Source: a virus (taxonomy: Duplodnaviria > Caudoviricetes). Taken from it: DNA of 64,000 nt. The notes beneath the pieces are model-generated. The model did no database searches, was not told where the DNA came from, and saw only the letters and a program-made list of their open reading frames with translations. Positions 45,062 to 54,634 of this stretch are shown piece by piece (within the stretch, counting starts at the first letter, position 1; each line of letters opens with the position of its first letter). Both the position numbers and the translations under genes were made by a program. Where the stretch lies: the IMG/VR virus record IMGVR_UViG_3300010965_000001, positions 1 to 64,000 of that record, one strand, 5' to 3'.

Positions 45062-46012
45062 TTATTTCCCTTTTAAATATTTGTTAATTAGTTTTTTCAT
45101 TCCAAGATGTGTACTCTCATACTCATCGTTTAATGTAATTGTTTCTATACCAGTTACGTGTGTAATGTATTCTTTTATAACAGGTAGTTTCTTACTGATT
45201 CCACCAGTCAAAAATATGTGTTCGAATATATCTGTATCAATTCTTCGAATGTATTGTGTAACGTATCCTTTTACAACTGATGCAATCATATTATCTACAG
45301 TAAAGTTGTCTTCGTGTATATTCTTAATGAACCCGCCACCGTTATACTCAACAGCCTGTTCAAATACATTCAAGTCAATTTCCAATGTAGAAGTTATAAG
45401 GTCGTTCACTGTCAACTTACTACACCTTTCAAAGAAATCTACACCCATCGATTGAAAGAATGAACTGAACATATTCAATGCTCTTCCGCTTGGAATGTAA
45501 CTTGTGATATTGTCAGTTGATATTACTTGTGAACCCGTTCCCATGTTAATTAACAAGTCCGTCTCCTCTAAGTCAACTGATTCTATAACACAATTGGTAT
45601 CACCCAATACACTATAGAACTTCACACCGTTGATATAACCAAGAACTTCCAACCCATCTACAATTGAATCTTTTGAATGATGTTTATGTATGTGATATGT
45701 CTCCTGCCCCCTAAAGAGTTCAGAGATTAAGCAACCTTTATAATTTGGATTTTGATACAGTGCCTTCCATGAATAATAAATATCATTCTCTGAGTAGGAA
45801 CCGCCTAAGATTGAACATATCACAACATTTTTTATGCGTGTATATTGTGCCAATACATGTAATAATGACCCAATCACATATCGTTTGGCAACAGAGTATT
45901 CCATGTGCAATGGAGATTGAAAACTCTTATAATTTGTTAAACTATCTGTATCGGAATCATACACTATACACTTAATGTATGATGCACCGTAATCAATTAG
46001 CAAGTATTGCAT
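45062..46012 (-). CDS. FGGY/sedoheptulokinase-like sugar kinase
   Basis: IDYGASYIK, GDTNC, INMGTGSQ, LTGG. Confidence 0.55.
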   Translation of the reverse strand: MQYLLIDYGASYIKCIVYDSDTDSLTNYKSFQSPLHMEYSVAKRYVIGSLLHVLAQYTRIKNVVICSILGGSYSENDIYYSWKALYQNPNYKGCLISELFRGQETYHIHKHHSKDSIVDGLEVLGYINGVKFYSVLGDTNCVIESVDLEETDLLINMGTGSQVISTDNITSYIPSGRALNMFSSFFQSMGVDFFERCSKLTVNDLITSTLEIDLNVFEQAVEYNGGGFIKNIHEDNFTVDNMIASVVKGYVTQYIRRIDTDIFEHIFLTGGISKKLPVIKEYITHVTGIETITLNDEYESTHLGMKKLINKYLKGK

Positions 46013-47015
46013 TGAGTCTCTCCACTAAGATGTCATCGAGTTTGGTTGGGAAAAAGTTCGTTACTCCTTCGTAACAGTTTACTAATTGTATTACATCACC
46101 AGCAACCTTCTTGTCACTTTTCAAATTGGACACAATCCCTACTGTGCTTAACTGTTTTATTTTACACAATGATGTAAACTTTAAACATGCTTCATTGATT
46201 ACTTCGTTGTTATCAAATAACTTATTGACAAGGAGGATTCCAAGTAATACAGCCTCACCATGTGGTATCTTATACTTTGTCATTGATTCAATCACGTGCC
46301 CAAACGAATGACCGTAATTCAGGGACTTTCTCAAATCTTCTTCGAATTCATCCTTCTCAATTACCAATCGTTTGATTTCAAGTGAATGTCTAATCACATC
46401 TTCAATTCCCCAATTACTGATGTTATTCAAGTAATAATTACCACCGATGGTAAACAACTTAACAATCTCACCATAACCTGACACCATATCTTCTGCTGTC
46501 AAAGTTTTAAGAAACTCTATATCGACTGTAACTTTACTTGGTGCGGAGAACAATGCCAATTGATTCTTATGATTGTCGAAGTTCAATCCAGACTTACCAC
46601 CAATACAACTGTCACACATCGACAATAGAGTGGTAGGATAGAACTCCCAATTAATTCCACGCTTGAACATTTTGGCTACGAATGCACCAATGTCTTGTGT
46701 TATGCCACCACCAATTACTATAAGTCTATTACTCTTAGTGAAACCCCACTCGGACAATTGTCCACACACCATTAGACATGTGTCCATTGACTTATTCTTC
46801 TCTAATGCTTTAATCTCAACAATCTTATCACATGATACATTGTAAAGATTCCCAACAGTTTGGTCTACTAATACAACACAATCGTCACCAAATGTTAAGT
46901 CCGCTCTACCAATCACAACATCGTAATTCTTTGGAAATGACTTAACAGTGAACTGTTTTTCAAGTTTTTGATTTATACGAAATATCGTGTCTTCAATCTT
47001 AAATAAATTGTGCAT
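45993..47015 (-). CDS. 3-dehydroquinate synthase / sugar-phosphate cyclase family protein
   Basis: IGGGITQDIG, PTTLLSMCDSCIGGKSG, LNYGHSFGH, PHGEAV. Confidence 0.85.
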   Translation of the reverse strand: MHNLFKIEDTIFRINQKLEKQFTVKSFPKNYDVVIGRADLTFGDDCVVLVDQTVGNLYNVSCDKIVEIKALEKNKSMDTCLMVCGQLSEWGFTKSNRLIVIGGGITQDIGAFVAKMFKRGINWEFYPTTLLSMCDSCIGGKSGLNFDNHKNQLALFSAPSKVTVDIEFLKTLTAEDMVSGYGEIVKLFTIGGNYYLNNISNWGIEDVIRHSLEIKRLVIEKDEFEEDLRKSLNYGHSFGHVIESMTKYKIPHGEAVLLGILLVNKLFDNNEVINEACLKFTSLCKIKQLSTVGIVSNLKSDKKVAGDVIQLVNCYEGVTNFFPTKLDDILVERLNAILAN

Positions 47016-47018
47016 GTC

Positions 47019-48752
47019 TTACTCCTTTGAAATGGTCATATCAGTTAATGTTCCAGGAATGATTTTACCATTTGCATCAATTCCTCTGTGAGTTACTTTT
47101 GGTTCGTGCTTTTCTGATGGGTTCACGAACACTTCGATTATACATGGTTTGTAGGATGTCATACTCTGCGACAATACACCGTCTACGTCGGCATTACTTT
47201 TAATACTGTAATAATCAATCCCAAACGCCTTTGCAATTTTTTCAAAACTTGGGAGTGAGACACCATTATCCTTGCCGCTTGCAAATTCAGCCCCACCGAA
47301 GAACGCACCCTGTGTAAGTTTAATGGACACATATCCATCGTTATTGACAATGATGATTTTGATTGGAAGGTTGTTATGTTTGATAGTTTGCAATTCCTGT
47401 AAGTTCATCATTATACTTCCATCACCTTCGATACATACTACTCTCATGTTGGATGCTTTACACGCGCCGATTGCTGCGGAGATACCGTATCCCATACTCG
47501 CACACCCCACATTGGTGTACAGTCGTTGACCTTTGTTTATGTTATATGTTTGTTGTGTCACTACATGTGCTGACCCATTACTTGTTACAATGGGAAGTTT
47601 ACCAAAATACTTTGGTGCTCTACTTATGAAATAATAGAAACTTGCAAATTGTTTTGGATGAATGTGTTGTGGATAACAATAAACCTGTTCCTTACGTTTA
47701 TCCTTGACATATTGTTGCCACTCACCAATTTGCAATGTTTCATTATCCATAGTAATATATGATAAGAACTCTTTCAAATCTGATGGGATTTTCAAATCTA
47801 TATGAAATTTATGTTTCATAATTTCAAATTCATCAATATCAACAATTATCTTCTTAGCGTTTGGTGCGAAGTCCTTTATATTATATCCAGTCATTTTGAA
47901 GTTTAACCGTGACCCTAAGATGATTAACAAATCACACTGTTGAACTATTTCGTTTGAAGTTAGTTGTCCATGAATTCCAATACGTCCTGCATAATATTCA
48001 TACGTATTGTCAATACAATCCACCGCAGAGTGTGGTCCAGTTACTGCGGGGATGCCTGTCTTCACTAACAAGTCGTTAAGTAAAGTGTAACTGTTTGACA
48101 GTCTCACTCCACTACCACACACTATTAACGGTTTCTTTGCATTGAGAAGTAATTTCTTAAATTTAACAATTTCACTTGGAAATGGTTTCATCACTCTAAT
48201 TACTTCCGTGAATCTATCTAACATCTCTTCATCTACATCTGCTCCTTGAATATCCAATGGAACGTCTATCCATACTGGACCCATTCTATCATGTAGTGCG
48301 ATTTGATACGCCTTCTCAAGTTCGTACAATATTCTACTCTTGTCTTTTATTGTCACACAATACTTTGTCATTGGAGCCGCCACCTTCACAATATTGAACT
48401 CTTGGTCACCGATTTGACGGCAACCAGTTCCTTCTGACAGTTGATTAGTGGACACCTGTCCAGAAATGACCATCGATGGGATACTATCTAACCACATCCC
48501 CAATAGACCTGTTAATGCGTTAGTGCCTCCAGGACCAGTTGTGATTACGTTGAGTGCCATCTTACCACTCTGACGGTAATACCCTTCAGATGCCATCAAT
48601 GCAGTTTGTTCGTGGTGAACACATGTCGTGTCCATCCCCTTTGCAAGTCGTAACGCGTCTATGAGATGAATACATCCACCACCTGAAACTGTGAATGCAT
48701 GGTCGATTTTCTTCTCTAAGAAAAACTTCATTATTAAGTCTGCTACTCTCAT
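47019..48752 (-). CDS. thiamine-diphosphate-dependent enzyme (acetolactate synthase-like, YerE-type context)
   Basis: HHEQ, TTGPGGTN, GCASMGYG, EGDGS..NN. Confidence 0.88.
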   Translation of the reverse strand: MRVADLIMKFFLEKKIDHAFTVSGGGCIHLIDALRLAKGMDTTCVHHEQTALMASEGYYRQSGKMALNVITTGPGGTNALTGLLGMWLDSIPSMVISGQVSTNQLSEGTGCRQIGDQEFNIVKVAAPMTKYCVTIKDKSRILYELEKAYQIALHDRMGPVWIDVPLDIQGADVDEEMLDRFTEVIRVMKPFPSEIVKFKKLLLNAKKPLIVCGSGVRLSNSYTLLNDLLVKTGIPAVTGPHSAVDCIDNTYEYYAGRIGIHGQLTSNEIVQQCDLLIILGSRLNFKMTGYNIKDFAPNAKKIIVDIDEFEIMKHKFHIDLKIPSDLKEFLSYITMDNETLQIGEWQQYVKDKRKEQVYCYPQHIHPKQFASFYYFISRAPKYFGKLPIVTSNGSAHVVTQQTYNINKGQRLYTNVGCASMGYGISAAIGACKASNMRVVCIEGDGSIMMNLQELQTIKHNNLPIKIIIVNNDGYVSIKLTQGAFFGGAEFASGKDNGVSLPSFEKIAKAFGIDYYSIKSNADVDGVLSQSMTSYKPCIIEVFVNPSEKHEPKVTHRGIDANGKIIPGTLTDMTISKE

Positions 48753-49792
48753 TCTATATCCTGTTTGGTTAGTGGTGAATCTGCCGATTTATCTTTATTA
48801 AGTACAAATCCTTCTAAAAAATCTCTTGATGTTAACTGACCGATTTCCGCTTGATATGGTATTGCACTATACAAGTCTATCAACTTCACCGACTCTCCTT
48901 TTACCATATCAGCGCGTAAATAGAATCCTCTATATAGATTCTCCAAATATTCAGATTCCTTAACATCAATAATTCTACGTGCCTGTGAAGAATTACCACA
49001 CATTGTTTGTGCGTATTTGAATGCTTTGAACCATTCATCAATTTGTTCAGGTTGTGAGCAGTAACTACTTACCATCTTCTGCTCACACTCACCCGCTTTG
49101 TATCGTATATCTACATGACGTTCCCATGTTCTCGCACCCTTTGCATATGAGATATTCATGGACGTTTGCCAATCATTCTTCTCATGTGTTGAAAATCCTA
49201 TTACGTGATTGGGATACCGATTCTTTAAGTAATCTATTTGATTCAGTTCTAACTCACTATCCTCACTCGGATACTTGGACACACAATGGTTGATTGCCAA
49301 AGGTATGTTTCGGTTTTCAAAGAATGCTACCGCGTCATCAATCTGTTTCTCACTTGCTCCACCTGTAGAGAATATGACAGGTTTCTCTGTTGCCGCGATT
49401 GCTTTTAACAATATCCAATCATTTATGTCTGAACTTGCAATTTTGATAATTGGAAGGTCTAAGTCTACACACAATTGAACTGACCGTTCATCAAAGGGTG
49501 TAGCCATAGGGATACAACCACACTGCCTAATATAGTCAACCAATTCTTCAATATCCCTGTCAAACAATTTAGTCTTAACAGTCTTTTGAATGTATCTGTC
49601 TGAATCTTTAGTAAAGTCAGAATGAACGAATGTTTCCACATCTCTAAATTGTAATTTGATTGCCGCCTTTACATTGTTATATCGAACTACTTGTGCAAAT
49701 TCTTTGATTATCCGTTTACCACGCTCCAAAGAACCCCAATGATTGTTTGCCATTTCAAGTATAAACAGATTTTCGAATATTTCATGTTCCAT
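48749..49792 (-). CDS. neuB: N-acetylneuraminate synthase (NeuB/SpsE) family protein
   Basis: EMANNH, AIKLQ, KIASSD, STGG, HCVSKYP, GFSTHE, ERHV. Confidence 0.8.
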   Translation of the reverse strand: MEHEIFENLFILEMANNHWGSLERGKRIIKEFAQVVRYNNVKAAIKLQFRDVETFVHSDFTKDSDRYIQKTVKTKLFDRDIEELVDYIRQCGCIPMATPFDERSVQLCVDLDLPIIKIASSDINDWILLKAIAATEKPVIFSTGGASEKQIDDAVAFFENRNIPLAINHCVSKYPSEDSELELNQIDYLKNRYPNHVIGFSTHEKNDWQTSMNISYAKGARTWERHVDIRYKAGECEQKMVSSYCSQPEQIDEWFKAFKYAQTMCGNSSQARRIIDVKESEYLENLYRGFYLRADMVKGESVKLIDLYSAIPYQAEIGQLTSRDFLEGFVLNKDKSADSPLTKQDIE

Positions 49793-49793
49793 A

Positions 49794-50102
49794 TTATTTC
49801 CAATCCCGCGTATTCATATTTTTATCATCGATGAATAAATCAAAATATGGTTTGTCAAATTTGAGTTCGTGATACTTGACTCCCCAATTACTTAATTGTT
49901 TCTTTGTTAGGTCAGACCAGTCAATTCCAGTCTTCTGTCCTCTTGCCGTCCAATATACAATGTGATGTCCTTTGTCATACAACTTATTAGCCTTTACTAT
50001 ATTCTCATTTATTGGACTACTAATTGTATAATCAGGTGCGTTTGGACTGTGACAAATTGTTTCATCAATATCAATGTATATTGTTTTTAATGTGCTGAGC
50101 AT
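49794..50102 (-). CDS. small HAD-superfamily phosphatase
   Basis: IDIDETIC, YWTARG, KPYFDLFIDDK. Confidence 0.8.
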   Translation of the reverse strand: MLSTLKTIYIDIDETICHSPNAPDYTISSPINENIVKANKLYDKGHHIVYWTARGQKTGIDWSDLTKKQLSNWGVKYHELKFDKPYFDLFIDDKNMNTRDWK

Positions 50103-50731
50103 GAATAACCTCCATCGATGATGAAGTTTTGTCCATTGATGAAGTCGTTATTATCACATAAGAAGAATACCATATCCGCCACTTCACTTGGTTGCCCCAA
50201 TCTACCAACGGGAATTTTGCCGATGAGTTCTTCAAGTTGTTCGTCAGTGTTATTCTTATACGTCATATCCGTGTTTATAAATCCAGGTGATACCGTGTTG
50301 CATAGAATATTGTGTTTACCATACTCTACAGCGATAGATTTTGTAAGTGCATGAAGTGCATTCTTACTCGCACTATATGCAAATCGATTTTGTTTTGCAA
50401 AGTCAATCCATACACTACCCATATTCACTATTCTACCATATTGGTTTAGCATCATATGATTTAAACATTGTTTAATTATTTGTGTGGGTGCATAGAAATT
50501 GACATCCATAGTTCTCTGTAAATCAAATCCTGTTGTCGCCATATCATTAAGTATGTTTACACCTGCGTTATTAACAATCACATCGAAATTCGTGTTTGTT
50601 AACTGTGGGATAACTGACAAGTTAAGTTCGTCACGGTTAGGAGCGTACACCTCATAACCGTTGGACGAAAACTTCTCTACAATCGCTTCACCGATACCTC
50701 TTGAACCACCTGTAACTAATACTTTTTTCAT
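50087..50731 (-). CDS. short-chain dehydrogenase/reductase
   Basis: TGGSRGIG, NNAG, YSASK, SPGFINT. Confidence 0.9.
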   Translation of the reverse strand: MKKVLVTGGSRGIGEAIVEKFSSNGYEVYAPNRDELNLSVIPQLTNTNFDVIVNNAGVNILNDMATTGFDLQRTMDVNFYAPTQIIKQCLNHMMLNQYGRIVNMGSVWIDFAKQNRFAYSASKNALHALTKSIAVEYGKHNILCNTVSPGFINTDMTYKNNTDEQLEELIGKIPVGRLGQPSEVADMVFFLCDNNDFINGQNFIIDGGYSCSAH

Positions 50732-51531
50732 TAATCCACCTTAATAGATTGGTTGATTCGTTCCTGTATCATGTGAATTCGTTTCAAATCTGCATCTGCA
50801 AATCCCATATAATGTTCACGTTTAACCATGAGCCATTCATACTCAAACATCTGTCCTTTTGCCAGTGCGGCTGGTAGATTCTTGAGTGCTACAGCTGGGT
50901 CATACATGACATAACGTGTTTCGAACTTGTCGAGTAATCGTTTTGAATGGAGACGGGACAAGAACGAATATGATTCCGTTGATACAGCGCCTCCAACACA
51001 CGCCTTTAATCCCTTTTCTTTTGCAAGAGTAAATACCTTCTCAGCCATATCAAATACAAATGGACTCTCAACAAAATTTCTATCTTCACCCAACGAAGAA
51101 ACAAGGTCAACTCTTCCCAACGTGATTCCATACAGTGAAAATATGTCATCAATTTCCATTATGTCTGCGATATTTTTAACAGCAGTCATAGTTTCAATAT
51201 TCACCAATAATTGAAGTGATGATACTGAATCTGGTGAAATATATTTCTTAACGGCACCAATGAACTTCTGAACCCCAAATGGAGATTCAACCATCGGTGC
51301 TACCAACCCCTTCACACCGATAATTGCGGAGTCTTGAATATCTCTGATTGCTTCAGGACCACCAATCTTCAACGTTATCTTCGTCTTTGCTTCGTTACAA
51401 ATCTGTTTAAGACGAACCACTTCGTTGAAGGTTGCACCTTCATCTTCGAAACTTGTCTTGATACCAACCATTCCATGATTTTCAACCAAGTCAGTCAGTA
51501 ACTCTACACATCTAAATTCTCTTTTGTTCAT
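50731..51531 (-). CDS. HpcH/HpaI aldolase / citrate lyase family protein
   Basis: PMVES, NIET, GRVDL. Confidence 0.75.
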   Translation of the reverse strand: MNKREFRCVELLTDLVENHGMVGIKTSFEDEGATFNEVVRLKQICNEAKTKITLKIGGPEAIRDIQDSAIIGVKGLVAPMVESPFGVQKFIGAVKKYISPDSVSSLQLLVNIETMTAVKNIADIMEIDDIFSLYGITLGRVDLVSSLGEDRNFVESPFVFDMAEKVFTLAKEKGLKACVGGAVSTESYSFLSRLHSKRLLDKFETRYVMYDPAVALKNLPAALAKGQMFEYEWLMVKREHYMGFADADLKRIHMIQERINQSIKVD

Positions 51532-52088
51532 AACTTTCTACTCCTTTTTAATTTAAAAATTTCAGGGTGTTTGTGGACGATTAATGCTACATCACCAGGA
51601 TGTACTGAATGTGGTGAATATGGTTCACATGTTTTTGCAAGTTCAGGAAATTGTGAACTAATTCCCAATATTAGATAAAAGTCCAACACTGAACAGACCA
51701 CCTCTTTTTTATTGAGTGGATTAACTTTTGCTCTCATATCATATCCAAGAAGTTCTCCAGCTCTACGATAAATATACCACGGAAGTTGAAGGAACCCATA
51801 CTGATGCTCCGCGTACAAATCATACAAATATGACACCAACGGAAGTAGTTGGTCTTGTGACATTCCAATCACTTCATACTCCTCATATTCCGATGTTAAG
51901 TCTTCTGTGATATGAGTTTCGGGTCCGATTGAAATTAAAATTTGCGCTTCATAAATTGACGGAATCCCAACGACATCACCTGCACCGATTGCACAATGGG
52001 TATAAGGGCATCCAGTAATCCACCGAATCGCCCATGATAAAAATCCACCCTTAGTGGAGTTGACAACTACTATATTTCCTACTTTCAT
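51528..52088 (-). CDS. permuted papain-like (YiiX/YebB NlpC/P60) enzyme
   Basis: THCAIG before VVCS; PYSPHSVHPGD. Confidence 0.6.
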   Translation of the reverse strand: MKVGNIVVVNSTKGGFLSWAIRWITGCPYTHCAIGAGDVVGIPSIYEAQILISIGPETHITEDLTSEYEEYEVIGMSQDQLLPLVSYLYDLYAEHQYGFLQLPWYIYRRAGELLGYDMRAKVNPLNKKEVVCSVLDFYLILGISSQFPELAKTCEPYSPHSVHPGDVALIVHKHPEIFKLKRSRKL

Positions 52089-52098
52089 AATTTCTCCT

Positions 52099-53052
52099 TT
52101 ACCACACAAATGTGTCTTTGTTATATTCTGTGATGTTCCACAACTCTTCGTCAAACTTAACTTTCGGACTCCATCCAAGTGCTCTCAACTTAGAATCATC
52201 GAGTGCATATCGAACGTCTTGCCCTGCCCTAACAACACCAAAGTTAACGTACGGTTCCCATTGGTCAGTTCCCTTCACAAGTTTTATAATCTTCGTAACT
52301 GTCTCCAGATTCGATTGTTCAAATCCTCCACAAATGTTATATATTTCATTCACAACACCCTTTTCTACAATCAACAAAACTGCATCTGCAGTATCTTGTG
52401 CATGTAACCAATTACGAACAGGTTTACCCATATTGTGAAGTGGAATCGGTTTATCCAACATCAAGTATTTACAAGCCTTTGGAATCAACTTTTCCACATA
52501 CTGCCCACACCCATAATTGTTTGTGGGACGAACTATCACGTACGGAATGCCATACGTTCTCGCATACGCGGTAATTAACATATCACCAGCGGCTTTGGTT
52601 GCAGAGTATGGATTGGATGGGTGGAGAATATCCAATTCCGTGTGTGCTCCAACTGCAATATCACCATACACTTCATCGGTACTGAAATGTAACAGAGTGG
52701 GAACCTTACCACTTTCTTGACGATAATTACGAATCAATTCTAACAGATGATGAACTCCACCAATATTTGAGTGGACAAAATCATCACTGTTGGTGATTGA
52801 ATTTCCTACATGTGTTTCAGCGGCACAGTTAATAACATAGTCACATTCATATAAGAATTTAAGGTCATTAATGTCCTCTTTCATAAATGAGAAATTTGGA
52901 TATTTACTCATAAACGATTTAATTAATTTTATATCGGCTGCGTAGGTACACTTGTCAACACCCATCACATACCAACCTTCATTGAGTAATGTCTCTGTTA
53001 CATATGAACCTATGAATCCAAGACATCCTGTTACGTATACTATTTTTTTCAT
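52099..53052 (-). CDS. rfbB: dTDP-glucose 4,6-dehydratase family
   Basis: GCLGFIGS, AAETHV, STDEVYG, PSNPYSATKA, EKLIP, DRWYALD-like DVRYALD. Confidence 0.85.
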   Translation of the reverse strand: MKKIVYVTGCLGFIGSYVTETLLNEGWYVMGVDKCTYAADIKLIKSFMSKYPNFSFMKEDINDLKFLYECDYVINCAAETHVGNSITNSDDFVHSNIGGVHHLLELIRNYRQESGKVPTLLHFSTDEVYGDIAVGAHTELDILHPSNPYSATKAAGDMLITAYARTYGIPYVIVRPTNNYGCGQYVEKLIPKACKYLMLDKPIPLHNMGKPVRNWLHAQDTADAVLLIVEKGVVNEIYNICGGFEQSNLETVTKIIKLVKGTDQWEPYVNFGVVRAGQDVRYALDDSKLRALGWSPKVKFDEELWNITEYNKDTFVW

Positions 53053-53660
53053 TATTCTCCTTTGTAATTAAAGAACTTCGTTGTCAACATATCTTCTCTT
53101 GCTGTATGTGCTGGATTGTAAATGTATGTCCATGCTCTCTCTAAGAAGTATGCCGTGAATGGATGTGTATACCACGGTAACTTGTCTCTTAGATTTTCCC
53201 AAAACCACTTAGGTTTGTTGTGAATGTATTCTTTTGGGACTGAGTACTGCGCCCCACAAGGAAATGCCACGCCGATGAAATTGCAATTGACCAATCCTTC
53301 CACAAATATCTGCGTGTCTTCACCTGCGGCTATGTAGATTCGTTTATCTGCCAGTGGTTGAAAACCCTTCTCATATCGTTTCTCATTAAGAAACTCAAGT
53401 GCCTTCTCATAGTGGTCGAACGGAAAGTCCTGCATGAAAATTGTATACTCTCTCAGTTCATCATAATATGTTGACGTATAATAGATGAAGGAATTATCCG
53501 TGACTCCAATATTAGGAATCGTAATACACTTGTATTTGGGATGCTCAGTCCATCTTCCCTTGTTAATGAGAACTATCTCAAGTTCATCATTGTCTATCTT
53601 ATCTAACCAATCCAAGTCTTTTTGGTATGCGGCTATTACTAATGTTGCTTTTGGTTCCAT
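53052..53660 (-). CDS. DUF3431-like glycosylation-associated protein
   Basis: VIAAY..LDWL, PFDH, GAQYSV, LERAW. Confidence 0.65.
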   Translation of the reverse strand: MEPKATLVIAAYQKDLDWLDKIDNDELEIVLINKGRWTEHPKYKCITIPNIGVTDNSFIYYTSTYYDELREYTIFMQDFPFDHYEKALEFLNEKRYEKGFQPLADKRIYIAAGEDTQIFVEGLVNCNFIGVAFPCGAQYSVPKEYIHNKPKWFWENLRDKLPWYTHPFTAYFLERAWTYIYNPAHTAREDMLTTKFFNYKGE

Positions 53661-53668
53661 GCTACTCC

Positions 53669-54634
53669 TTATAAGAAATTTTTACTCTTTAAGTATTCGT
53701 CTACTTTATTCATAAATTGAATTGGTTTACCCTTGCCCTGTGTATGCCCGATGAAGTGTGTGATACGTGACTTCAGTGCGATGTCCCATCCATTAAGTTC
53801 ACTTGAATGGTTTATCTCCCCAAATGTTGGATGAACACCCCAATTAGGAACTACGTAATAATTTACAGTATCTAAGATGTGAATGGGTTTCTTGGATAAT
53901 GCGATATTCATTACTCCCATGAATGACTGTTGTTGTGTGTCGATTTTGAATCTATCCACTCCCCATATCTCCTTGCCGTTTTCGTCAAAGATTGTGGAGT
54001 AATCAAAGAGACTCAATAACAATTCCATTCCATCCTTTGATAAAAAATCATCATAAAGGCTTAAATCTATTCCTTGAAATCCTGCATTGAATCCGAGCAT
54101 CTCTGGATTTTGTTGTTTATATACATCAATCAATGGTTGACCGTAAATGTCAGCCAATTTATTAAATAGAACCTTATCACAACTTGAATTCATTGGTTCT
54201 GCTATTAAACAGGGTGTACGTGAAAGTAGAACATTGTATACTTCGCTAAAATCGTCATTGATTAAAATGTCATCATCGTATATTAAATAATAATGTTTGA
54301 GTAACACCCTACGAAGGTAGTGACCCATGAGAATGAAATAGATTGCTTTCCACTTCTTGAATCGTGTTATGTCAGTTCCTTCATAAAATTCAGAAACATA
54401 GTTATCAAAGAAACCAAAATTATATGATGTCAAATTTTGTATTTGTGAATCTATCAATTCAGACCAGTTACCTTCTTCTTGAAGATTACAGTCATTGGTA
54501 TCGTCCCACAGAATGTGAAATTCTATTCGTTGGTCAGGATTTATTGCATGAATCTTGGATTGAATCTGATGTAGTGCGAAGAAGGATTGTTTATTCTTCG
54601 CTCTCATTATGTTAGATATTACGATTGTTTCCAT
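53669..54634 (-). CDS. GT-A-like hypothetical glycosyltransferase
   Basis: IYDDDIL, FNAG, DTQQQ, HFIG. Confidence 0.5.
   Translation of the reverse strand: METIVISNIMRAKNKQSFFALHQIQSKIHAINPDQRIEFHILWDDTNDCNLQEEGNWSELIDSQIQNLTSYNFGFFDNYVSEFYEGTDITRFKKWKAIYFILMGHYLRRVLLKHYYLIYDDDILINDDFSEVYNVLLSRTPCLIAEPMNSSCDKVLFNKLADIYGQPLIDVYKQQNPEMLGFNAGFQGIDLSLYDDFLSKDGMELLLSLFDYSTIFDENGKEIWGVDRFKIDTQQQSFMGVMNIALSKKPIHILDTVNYYVVPNWGVHPTFGEINHSSELNGWDIALKSRITHFIGHTQGKGKPIQFMNKVDEYLKSKNFL

Noticed and set aside
45993-47015. Calling the cyclase aroB for shikimate metabolism
   Set aside because: No other aro genes are nearby and the context is sugar biosynthesis, so it is left at family level.
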